Origin: Salpingoeca rosetta
Lineage: Eukaryota; Protista; Choanoflagellata
Assembly: GCA_033442325.1 (NCBI GenBank)
Contig: JAWQFM010000005.1
Coordinates: 1,861,665-1,925,664 of the forward strand
Direction of reading: 5' to 3'
Length of the DNA stretch: 64,000 nucleotides
Under the pieces are notes generated by a model. That model worked only from the letters and a program-made list of their open reading frames with translations. It ran no database searches and was not told the origin of the DNA. Of the stretch, positions 1-10,701 are shown in pieces; positions within the stretch are counted from its first letter, which is position 1; each line of letters begins with the position of its first letter. Made by a program: the position numbers and the translations under genes.

Positions 1-36
1 TACCTGTGCTCCTTCGTCAATTGCTGTGCGCTACAG

Positions 37-518
37 GCGTGAACGCGGTCAACTTCTACGCGCAAACCATCATCATCTCTGCTGGGTTTGACCAGGACCA
101 CGCCTTCTCCTTCTCCATCTACATTGGCGTCATCAAGGTTGTGTTTGTTGGCGTTGGGATGCTCCTCATCGACAGCGCGGGCCGCCGCATCCTCATGATT
201 GTCGGCATTGCCGGCATGACCCTCTCAACCGCCCTCCTAGCTGCCGTCTTCCAGGTGCGCTGTGGTGTGTGTGTGTGTGGGGGGGGTTGTGCGTGTGTGG
301 GGGGCGGGGGGTATTTGGTGCTTACGGTGTACGGCGATCGAGCACATACACATACACGCACGCACGCACACGCACACACACGCACACACACACACATTGC
401 CCTTGGTTTGCAACCTCCTGCAGATGAAGGAGGAGCACGGCAGCGTCAGCAATGGTCTTGGTTGGCTCGCCCTCATTGCATTGTTTTTCTACATGGGCTT
501 CTTCGAAATTAGCCTCGG
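37..518 (+). CDS. Sugar-porter family MFS transporter, internal exons 37-254 and 424-518 (gene starts before the window; the rest is probably lost in the N gap)
   Basis: Spliced translation GVNAVNFYAQTII...LLIDSAGRRILMIVG...FFYMGFFEISLG carries the sugar-porter motifs G.N...Y and D..GRR. AG/GT boundaries at 35-36, 255-256, 422-423 and 519-520. Confidence 0.85.
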
Positions 519-602
519 GTATCTACCCCCAACTTTGCTGTTGTCATGTGCAAGCACTGCGCACTGCGCCTCTGTGTTGCTGGTCTGTCCAATTCTGTGC
601 TG

Positions 603-606
<4 letters not shown>

Positions 607-696
<90 letters not shown>
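607..696. repeat. (TG)n microsatellite running into assembly gap 697-1363
   Basis: Directly visible. Similar (CA/TG)n tracts fill most introns in the window. Confidence 0.95.
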
Positions 697-2021
697 NNNN
701 NNNNNNNNNNNNNNNNNNNNNNNNNNNNNNNNNNNNNNNNNNNNNNNNNNNNNNNNNNNNNNNNNNNNNNNNNNNNNNNNNNNNNNNNNNNNNNNNNNNN
801 NNNNNNNNNNNNNNNNNNNNNNNNNNNNNNNNNNNNNNNNNNNNNNNNNNNNNNNNNNNNNNNNNNNNNNNNNNNNNNNNNNNNNNNNNNNNNNNNNNNN
901 NNNNNNNNNNNNNNNNNNNNNNNNNNNNNNNNNNNNNNNNNNNNNNNNNNNNNNNNNNNNNNNNNNNNNNNNNNNNNNNNNNNNNNNNNNNNNNNNNNNN
1001 NNNNNNNNNNNNNNNNNNNNNNNNNNNNNNNNNNNNNNNNNNNNNNNNNNNNNNNNNNNNNNNNNNNNNNNNNNNNNNNNNNNNNNNNNNNNNNNNNNNN
1101 NNNNNNNNNNNNNNNNNNNNNNNNNNNNNNNNNNNNNNNNNNNNNNNNNNNNNNNNNNNNNNNNNNNNNNNNNNNNNNNNNNNNNNNNNNNNNNNNNNNN
1201 NNNNNNNNNNNNNNNNNNNNNNNNNNNNNNNNNNNNNNNNNNNNNNNNNNNNNNNNNNNNNNNNNNNNNNNNNNNNNNNNNNNNNNNNNNNNNNNNNNNN
1301 NNNNNNNNNNNNNNNNNNNNNNNNNNNNNNNNNNNNNNNNNNNNNNNNNNNNNNNNNNNNNNNGTGTGGCCTGTCCACCGCGACATGACGTATTGCCCTC
1401 AGTCTGCTCTCCACCCAGCAGCTGGCTTTTGGTTTTTGGGGCTGTGTAGTGCTGTGCTCTGAGGGAGGGGACGTGTGCCTCACTGTGCATAGTATCCTAG
1501 GATTGCGGTTGATGTCAAGTGTGTACATACCTCATTCACACACGCGCGCTTTCCGAGCCCTCGCTTCGTTTGAAGTTTCCACTTTTCATTTCTTTGATTG
1601 CATCGAGTGAATGGGAACGCTCTAAGCTATGCTTGCTCAACCACTAGCAAAGGAAGCGAAATACAAATGACATGACGTACCTTCTATCACACGAAACGAA
1701 TAACGTACAGCAGCAACATAATGTAACACGTAATGTAATGTCATGAAATGTCATGACATGCAATGGAACTGGAACAACACGATGTCAGAACCGCCACGAT
1801 GCAATGCCTTCATGCACTCTTGCACTGCCTCAATTGTTCGCGAGTTGCTAGTTGGCGGGCCATTAGAAGACTAGACATCAATATCAGCGACTCCAGCTCC
1901 CTGTTGCTGGAAGCGCGGGCTCTTTCCGTGCACCGCCTGTAGCTGAAAGTCAATGCCACAGATGCCTTCATGTCAATTTGCAGTTGTGGACCCTGATCAC
2001 AAAGACGACAGGTTCGCTTCC

Positions 2022-5000
2022 TCAGCAGGCACTGGTGGTGCTCATCGAGCGCTGTCGCTTCCCAACATCCACTTGCTCATACTCTGAAGCCGGCAACACA
2101 GGGAGATCTTTCATGTCGTAGTCGCCTGCATCCCAGTCGTGTGCATGCATTCTTCCACCATCGCTTTCTTGGTGTCCAACATCGTACACGGTTGCGTTCC
2201 ATTGGTGAAGTCCTGCAACAAGCAAAGTGCACCGAATGGGAAACCACAGTCAAGGAGCGTGGGGTAAATGGGTGAGTGCACGAACACGCGAACAACACAG
2301 ACAACACACATGTGGCATCACTCTTCATCAAGCACGTGGTGCGAAAAGTACACAAGCGCACGTACACAAGCGCGCGCGCACAGACAGACAGCCAGACAGA
2401 CAGACAGACAGACAGACAGACTCACTCACTCACATACATGCACGTACGGTGAACCTCACCCCGCACGTCGCTCCCGTCACTCGTGGTTGAGTGCCGTCTG
2501 CCCGGTCGCCGCCCTCCAAGGCCAACACGCGTCTCGCGCATGTTCACATTGGGATAGACCGCCTCAACCACGTCGTAATCGCCCTCGCCAGAAGACCGCA
2601 CGGTCACTGGCATGGGATTCTCTGCGTATGCTTGCGCGCCTTCCTTGCCAACGGCAACACGCCGCTTGCTTCGACAGCGCCGTCGCACAATCACCACAAC
2701 AACAATGATGAGCATGACCACACCACCGACTGCGCCGCCCACGATCACTGCAATCGGCACAGCCGTTGGGGAGCCGGATGAATCTGTCTTGATGGTGATC
2801 GTTCGCGTTGTTGTTGTGGATGACGTTGGCAGCAGTCGCTTCGTTGATTGCCCTCTTGCTGTTGCTGCTGCAGTAGGACAAGTGATGTACGTGCGTGGAG
2901 ATGTGAGCCAATATGAGCTAGGTGTGAGACACGCGAGGTCTGAGTGCACAAACAAACAAGGCACAGAACTTGCAAGCGGTTAACACACACACACAATCAC
3001 ATACACAAGAACACACAATCACATGCACACATCCTCCCTCCCTCCTCCTTGTTATCTCACATCACGATAAACCCACCGCAGTCGATGCCTGGTGGACAGT
3101 CACAGTATGGTCCTGTGGCCGTTGGGATGCACGTTCCTTCGGGAAAGCAGATGGTGGAGACGTTACAGGGGTTCAGCATGCACTGACGATCACTGGTTGG
3201 CGTCAGCTCCACAGACTCAAACTCCGTGTCATCGCATACCGTCGCCAGCTCACACACGCGGTTGGTGGTTGGTGTCGGGGGGACAATCGCATACTCGTCA
3301 AGGTTGCACGTGTGCAAGTCAGTGCATTCGCGATTGCTGGTTGGTGTTGGCGCAACGGTCTCGTATTGGCTCGCCGTGCACACGAGCGTTGTCACGCACG
3401 CACGGTCACTGGTGTTGGTCGGCGCCTGGGTTTCAAACTGCAGCGGGAACACGCACGCGTCGCTGATGTTGGCACACACGCGGTTGCTGCTGAGCGTGGC
3501 GTCTGTCACAATGTACTGCGTGCTCAGGTCACACACCGTTGTGTTGGTGCACACGCGATCGCTCGTGTTCGTTGGTGCCGTGGCCTCAAACTGCGTGCTC
3601 GCGCACGGGGCCGAGATGTTGCTGCACCGCCGGTCTGACACGAGCGTCGGCAGCACAGAGATGTACTCCAGCCCCGGTGTGCACACCGTCGTGTTGGCGC
3701 ACATCCGATCAGAGAACTGCGTTGGGGCGCGCGTCTCGTACGAGTCGCAAAGGACGCACGTCGTGAGCGCGCGGCACACCGGGTTGTCCGTTGTCGTCGC
3801 GTTCACAGCCACATACTCGCCCGCCTCGTCATCGCACATCAGCTGCTCGCGGCAGTTGCGGCTCACCGTTGTCGTCGACACCCACACCCTCGGCCCGTAG
3901 TCGTTCAGCACGAGCTCAAACCCTTGGCCGAGGAACGTGAACGCCACCCGCTGCTCGCCGGCAATGCTCACGGGCGCATCGCTGTACGTGAGGGCGGCGG
4001 TTGCGCGGTCGGCGTTGGTTTCGCCAGCGGCATCAATGCTGATGAGCAGCGGCACACCCGTGAGCACGAGGTCGGGTGGCAGTTCAGACGACGCAGCGAC
4101 GAAGAACGCATCGCGTGGTGGGTCGTGGGCCGCCTTGATGAACACGCCACGCTGGTTTGTGGCCGCGTCAGCAACAACCACCTCGCCATCCGTCACCACC
4201 AGCTGCGCGTTGTTGTGCAGCGTAACGTTGGGGCTGTCCAGGTACACAAACACGGCCGTGCGCTGCGGGTCAGAGGGCACCTGCTCCCTGCCGTCGCCAC
4301 CGCTGATCGTCTGCACGTACACGGCGACAGAACACTCTGTCTGCTCGACGCTGACGGCGAGGGACGGGTCCGTGTCTGGCGCTGTCATGTTCACGCTCCG
4401 CACGAGGGCAAACAGACCAAAGTTGGCGCGCAAGAGGAAGTTGACGTCGACGGTGTTGATGATCGTGTTGCCGTCGGCATCCATGTCCGGCATTTGAAAC
4501 GCCTGAACCGCGGACACAAACGCGCCATCTGGATCAAGCAGCCGCTCATTCAGGAACCGTTTCAGAAAAGTCACGTCACGCACGTCAAACAAGCAGTTGC
4601 CATCCGCATCACCAATCTGCCGCTGGTCCGCGCACACTGCGCAAGGCGGCGAGCCACACTCCGCGCGACGTGCACGGCTGGCTGTGGTGCTGCTGAACCC
4701 GAATGTGCGAACACCAGTAGTGCGGGTGGCGCTGGCGCTTTGATGACTACGACGACGCCGCGCAGGTGCGGTGATCTCGAGTGTGACGTCGCCTGCAACA
4801 AATGGGACATCGCTCGCCAACAGCGTGCCGTCCCCATCGGCAATCGTCACCGCTGTGCCGCTGACGGACGAGAATCCAGCACCTGCACCACCCTTGACCC
4901 GCAGCGTCACCTCAAACAGGGTCAGGGTGCCTGGCCCAACACCAGCCGTTGATCCACCAAACGAGATGCGACCGCTGCCGTCCAATCCGCCTGCAAACTC

Positions 5001-8000
5001 GCCGCCAGGCCAGTCGCTCCCTTCTGCCACATCCACAAACTCAAGCACAGCGTCATCAAAGGTGACCTGCAGGGAGATGGAGGCAAACGCCAGGGTGCTC
5101 GGCAGTCGCACGCGCACAGAGATCGCAACGGTGTCGCCGCCTGTCACGGGTGCGAGCGGCAGCTGCTGCGTGGCGCCCAAGTCCACATCGTAGTTTGTGG
5201 GCACCAAATTCACATAGAAGAGTGCCGTGGCGTTCACGTCAGCATTGTCTCCCGCATACACCGCCAGCGTCTCTTGTGTGCGCGAGTTGCCTGTCAGCGT
5301 CGCTGTTCCCGTTGCGCTGTCGATGACAACGGCATCTGTCGCCGTGGGCGTGGTGATATCGAACGTGATGAGGTTGGGCAGGGCGAGCGCGCCGCCATTT
5401 GGGAAGAGGTAAGTGGTCGTGAGCGTGAGCCCGTTCTCCATCACCACGCTCGCTCGCATCTGCTGCTTGGTGTTGACGGTTCCAGCGAGCGTTGTTGCCG
5501 GCAGCACAGGTGTGATGCTGGCCACACCCCAGGCGAGCGAGGAGACGGTGACGGCGGTGGTGTTGAAGAGGTCACGCAGCGTCGCCACACCACGGCCATC
5601 CCTTCGTCACCGGGCAGCTGCGGCGTTGGTGAGACGAGGCGCGTATTGCTGTTGTAGTTGAAGAATGCGGGCGTGGAAACCATCAGCTCTGCGTGGTCGT
5701 TCGCCGACACAACTTCCCTGGACGACAACACCGCACTGACATCGACCATCGCCTGCTGCCACGTGTTGGATGCGCCCAATCGCCGCATCTCCGCCACTTC
5801 TTCGTCCTCGGATCCAGGAAAGGCCGGGAAGGGCCGGAGCGCAACCCGCAGTCCAGTGGCGACCACAACCTCGACAGCCAATGACGCCGTCACGCCCGTG
5901 TGCTCAAACGACACCAGCAGCCGCGCCTGCCCTTCCGTGCTGCCATCCGCAACAGCCACACGCAAGCGCGTGCCATCGACCGTTGCGGTGATGTTTCCCT
6001 CTGTCGCGATGTTCGTGCGCGCGTCTGTTGTAAAGTCAATCTCCGTGCCATCGTCATACTGCAGGAAGACCGAAACCAGGGTTGATGACGCCAGGTTCGC
6101 CGGCAGCTGCGAGCTCACGTCTGTGGACGGCGCCATTGCTGCTGGAAGCCCTGCAACGCGCACACCGGTCACAGCGGGAAGGGCGTTCACCACGTCCACG
6201 GTACCGTGCACAGTCGTGGTGTCAGACACGTACCATGTGAGGCCCACGGCAACAGATCCACCGCCAAGCGTCGTCACGAAGGGGTAGCTGTTGCTGCTCG
6301 CATCGTTAATGTTGGAGGCAATGAGCGCTGGGCTGCCGGTGGTGACGGTGGTGTTGTGCAGTGCGGGGTCGAGGACTCGGGTGCTGCCGTCGCTGAAGAT
6401 GGCGTGGACGACGACGGATGCGCTCTGCTGGTCTGCTGTCAGCACAGACGTGAAGGATGATGACACGCGGGTGTAGGTATCGGCACTTGATGTGGTGGTC
6501 GCAGCAGTGACAGATGCAACGACGGTGGCGGAAATGGCCACGGGTGTTGCTGGTTCGTTGTCTGTCGCTTCAACGTCTCGCGCACCGAGACACGAAGGTG
6601 TGCGCAGCGGATGCGAAATGCACAGCCTGAACGTGCCAGATGTGTTGGTTGTGATGGACAAAGGTGTGACAATCACATTCCCATCATCACTGCCACCGCC
6701 CACGTGTTGCCCCCGCAGCAACGGCCACACCTCTTCGGTCACATCCGTGCTGTTCAACCAATCATCAGCGCCACCACTTGTCATTGTTGTTGGGGATGAC
6801 CAGTCTGCCTCAATCGTGTATCCGACATGCTGGTACAACGCCGTGCCACCAATACGCCGCAGCACCACGTCACTGCCGCTGCTGCTGCCCTGTACGTCGA
6901 TAGCAATGCGAAACGCTGCTGGGTGCCACACCTTGTATCCGAGCGTCGTGTTGAGAGGCAGCGTGGCGTGCTGGACCACCACCTGTGCACTGTCGCTGCC
7001 GGCTGTCTCAGCACCAGTGAAGTGCACATACCCGCAGCTGGCATCAACTTGCAGCGCCTCTGGTGCACTTGAGGAGCACACGAGCGACGTCGACGGTGAT
7101 AGTGTGGTGCCACTGCCGCTGGCGCTGTACGCGCTGACAGTCAACGGGTGCTGCAGTGCTGCGTTGTCTGGGTTGAGGGCGGCCGTGTTGAGCAGGACGT
7201 TGGAGAGCGGGGCGGTTGTGGGCGGTGCACCAGCCGTGCGCATCGATGGGAACGCGTGGAGTGCAACGACGTCGGCTTCATTATAGGTCGTCAGCGAGAC
7301 AGTGGAGGTGCGGTGTGCAGTTGGGTTGGGGTTGCTGCTGGCGACAACCAGCGGCGCCGTGCCCGAGAGGACTGGCTGTCCGCTCGAATCAAACGCCTCC
7401 ACAACACTAACGTTCAACACGACGTCACGCGCAGCCATTGCACCGACCAGCACATCTGCCGTGAACAGCGCACTCTCCTCAGCACCAGCACTACCACCAC
7501 CACCACCCTGCTCGATGGCGCGAACGCCAAGCACAGCAACATCACGCGAGGGCAGCGACGATGCAGTCACCGTCCATCCACTGCCGCCCGTGACGGACTG
7601 GACCTGCAGAGTGTTGGCGTCTAGGGACGTGACACGCAGCTGCCACGAGCTGAGTGGTCGTGCACCGCCATGCGCAGAGACGGTGAGCGTGAAGGTCTTG
7701 GATCGTGGCAGTGGTCGCTGTGGGAACACGGCCAACACATCGCCAGTGAGGGGTTCGGGTCGCTCCACGCGCTGCGCTGTCTGCAACGTGGCTGCTACGT
7801 CTGCTGTTTCTTCTGCTGCTGCTGTCGCGTTTGGACCGGCGGTCAGCGTGATCTCGTGCCACGGCCGTGAAGTAGGAGGAAGGCAGCGTCAGTGTTGCTG
7901 TGCACGACGGCGTGGGTGACGATGAGGACGTGGTGCACATGGCTGTGACGGCCGTGAGCTGCTGTGCGTTGTCCTCAATGCGCACGTGGCACTCTGCATC

Positions 8001-10292
8001 TTGCATGGCGAGGCCGCGGCCATCTAGTGCAAACAGCAGCACCTTCACCGCCGCGTCATGGGGCAGCACGACTGCGGGCTGCGATGGCTGGCGGCTGTGG
8101 GAAAGGCCGGGCTCGCCCAGCAGCACAGCACGTACGCGCGTGGCTGTTGGTGCAGTTGTTGTGATGGCGGTGCCTGTGATGGAGGCTGTTGCCTGCTTGT
8201 CGCCGAGCGCTGAGTGGATGGACACGGGAGAATCACGCGCAGCGACTGTGAGCAGCGAGCGCGACGTGACTGTCGTGTTATCGCTGACGGAGGTTGTGTC
8301 TGAGGGTGAAGCTGCAACGAGGAGACCGGGTGGTGCTGCAGCTGCCATTCTGATGGGCAGGGTGATGGCTGGGTCGACGCACAGGGTGTCTGCGGTGCTG
8401 GTGCCGGCTGCGGCCACAACCCAGCCATCAGGGCACGTCGAGTGTGGCTGGCATGCGTCCTGGTTGATGGTGTCTGTGAACGTGTCGGGAGGGCACGCGT
8501 TGCACGTCACGTCTGTGTCGTTGTAGAAGGTGCCCGGCTCACAGGGCGGCAGCACCGTGATCTGGCGCGACGCCGAGATGGCCGGCACCCGCTCCACATA
8601 CAGCCGAACAGTCACAGTGCCCGTGGGCGCTCGTCTGTTCAGCTGCCAACGTGCGTTATTGCCGAGCCGGGTGGCAGCAAGAACATGAGGGTATTGGTGT
8701 TGGGTGCAGTGTGATTGGAGTGAGGGTGTAGACAAGGGCTAGAAGGGCTTCCTGCAAACAAGGAAATCATATGGGCACCCTTGTGGGTGTTGTAGCCAAA
8801 CTATCACAATCAAAGCAACTTCATTGGCTCAACGTGGGACGTTGTGACGTGACAACTTACCAAGATTCCAACGGCGGCAGAGTAAGGTGTTGACGCTGGT
8901 GATTCGTCGAACGTGAATCCATTTTGCACAGCTCCAATGATGTGTTCACCCGACATCGCATTGCTGACAGCGACGGCAACCTCCTCATCGGCAAAGTTGA
9001 CGATGGTATAGGCCACGGTAATGTTGGTTCCTTGAACTGCACGACCAGTGGTGCCGACCGATCCTGCAAAACTATATCCGACGGCTGCAGGCGCAATAGC
9101 AAGCAGCGTCAGGCGATGATTATAACAAGAGGAGTTTAACTACACTTGCATGGAGGCAGCTGCCAGTGATAGCATCAAGTCATGCGTGAAGCTTCGTGAT
9201 CCACACACCTGGAACGAAGAGGGGTCCGAGGAAGAAGTCGTCCGTTCCGCCGTCGACTTCTTTCACATAGATGTTGTGCGTGTACAGAAGTGGTTGAGGA
9301 TAGTTGTTGGCGATTGAAGGGACCGTGTATGTAGCAGATCCAGAATTTGGCGTGCTTTCATCCCCAAATAATGAGTAGGGGTACGCAAGATCGCCCTCGG
9401 ACGTGCGAAACACCAATTGAATCTTCACATCATTCCCATCAAAGTTCTGTCAAGGCATCAGAATACACGTGTTCAAGGTTTGAGGAGAGAGTGCTTTCGT
9501 CAGTGGTGGGTGAGAGGAGACAAATGCCAGGCATGAAACGAGAGAGAGAGAGAGATAGCGCGCTAGGCGAGCCGCACTGGTGACATGTAACAGCGTGAAG
9601 ATACCACCGGGTGCATACCTGCCATTTGATAGTTACATCTTCGCCAGGGATCAAGAACGAGTACGCACGCGGACTTGTAACGGCGAATGGTGGAACTGCC
9701 AGCAGCAGAGAGTTGGAAGACCGGGACGAGGATGGTGAGAGGCAAGTCAAATGCTGTGCGGACGTGCGTGCACGTTACTGAAAGATGCAACACGTGACCT
9801 TTACTCTGCCACGCACGCACACACACGCACACACACACACATTCACACACGTCTTTGACGTCGATCCGACTCACATTCAGTGGAGAAGGTGTCGCCGCTG
9901 ACAAAGGAGCTGGCCCTGGTGTTGTCTGGTGCAATCTGCAGCAGGATTTGCAAGTTGTCCTCTGCGATGTACGGGATATCCCAGTTGTAAGAGCCAGTGG
10001 TGGCTGGGCTGGCGAGGGTATGGTTGAGAACAACCTCGCCCGAGAGGAACCGTTGCACTGTACCGCCGTCTTGGTCCAAGCTCCCCAGGACAATGAAGAT
10101 GTTTGGGAGGCCTGCTTCGACGTTCCACTCGATGGTGAGCGTCGATTCACCACCAATGAGCGTGCCGCTCGCGTCATAGGTCACGCACGGTGCGGGCGTG
10201 CATGGTGCAGCCGCAAAGCACGTCCGTGGCAGCGCACCACCGGACAGGAGCGCCAAAACGGCAAGAAGGACAGCAAGGACAGAGGTGGCCAT
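2022..10292 (-). CDS. TMEM132-like type I membrane protein: signal peptide, Ig-like modules, TNFR-like repeat, TMEM132 cohesin/Ig region, second cohesin, dockerin, Cys-rich (PTxTSDRxC) repeats, EGF, TM, Tyr-motif tail; multi-exon, two apparent frameshifts
   Basis: Signal peptide MATSVLAVLLAVLALL at 10292. TMEM132-like stretch VLLNTAALN...VCSSS...LQVDASCGYVHFTGAETAG...KVWHP. Cohesin-like TVAISVRV...SLQVTFDDAVLEFV...LFEVTLRVK. Dockerin-like GDADGNCLFDVRDVTFLKRFL and DADGNTIINTVDVNFLLR. TM IAVIVGGAVGGVVMLIIVVVVIV. Last exon ends SAC* at 2022. Confidence 0.8.
2113..2766 (-). repeat. Copy A of a ~660-bp inverted duplication (TM, tail and intron) shared with 13746-14413
   Basis: The reverse complement aligns almost base for base with 13746-14413, including the intron. 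Confidence 0.95.
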
Positions 10293-10701
10293 TTTGATTG
10301 TTTTACATGGCTGGAGGATGTGGTTTGCGCTTTTCCCAAGCAAGACAACAAAACAAACAACCCACCACAGTTTTGCCACGCCGGCTTCTTCGCGTCTTCT
10401 GTGTGGTTGAAGGCCTATTACCCCCACACGCACACCAGAACGTGTGTGCCTGTGTATACTGACCTTCCTCTTCCTCTTCTGACAAGTGGTTCTGAGGCGC
10501 CACTGTTACCTTCCGTTCCGCCCTCGTTTCATCAACACAGCGACCGCACATCCCGAACATCCATCCACACATCATTTGTTTGTAACGACCAACACAAACA
10601 ACTCACAAGACAAACAGCAGCACAGCACAAGGAGGCCGCACGCGCCTGCTCGCGCACTGCCAGAAAACACTCACCGGCGAGAAGCATCGCCGACCGTGTT
10701 G
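10293..10701. promoter_or_regulatory. Probable bidirectional promoter between the TMEM132-like and cadherin genes
   Basis: 409 bp between divergent ATGs at 10292 (-) and 10702 (+), both followed by signal peptides. Confidence 0.55.

Noticed and set aside
262-1528. Long ORFs spanning the first N gap and other CVCV/HTHT ORFs throughout
   Set aside because: Artefacts of N runs and stop-free (CA/TG)n microsatellites.
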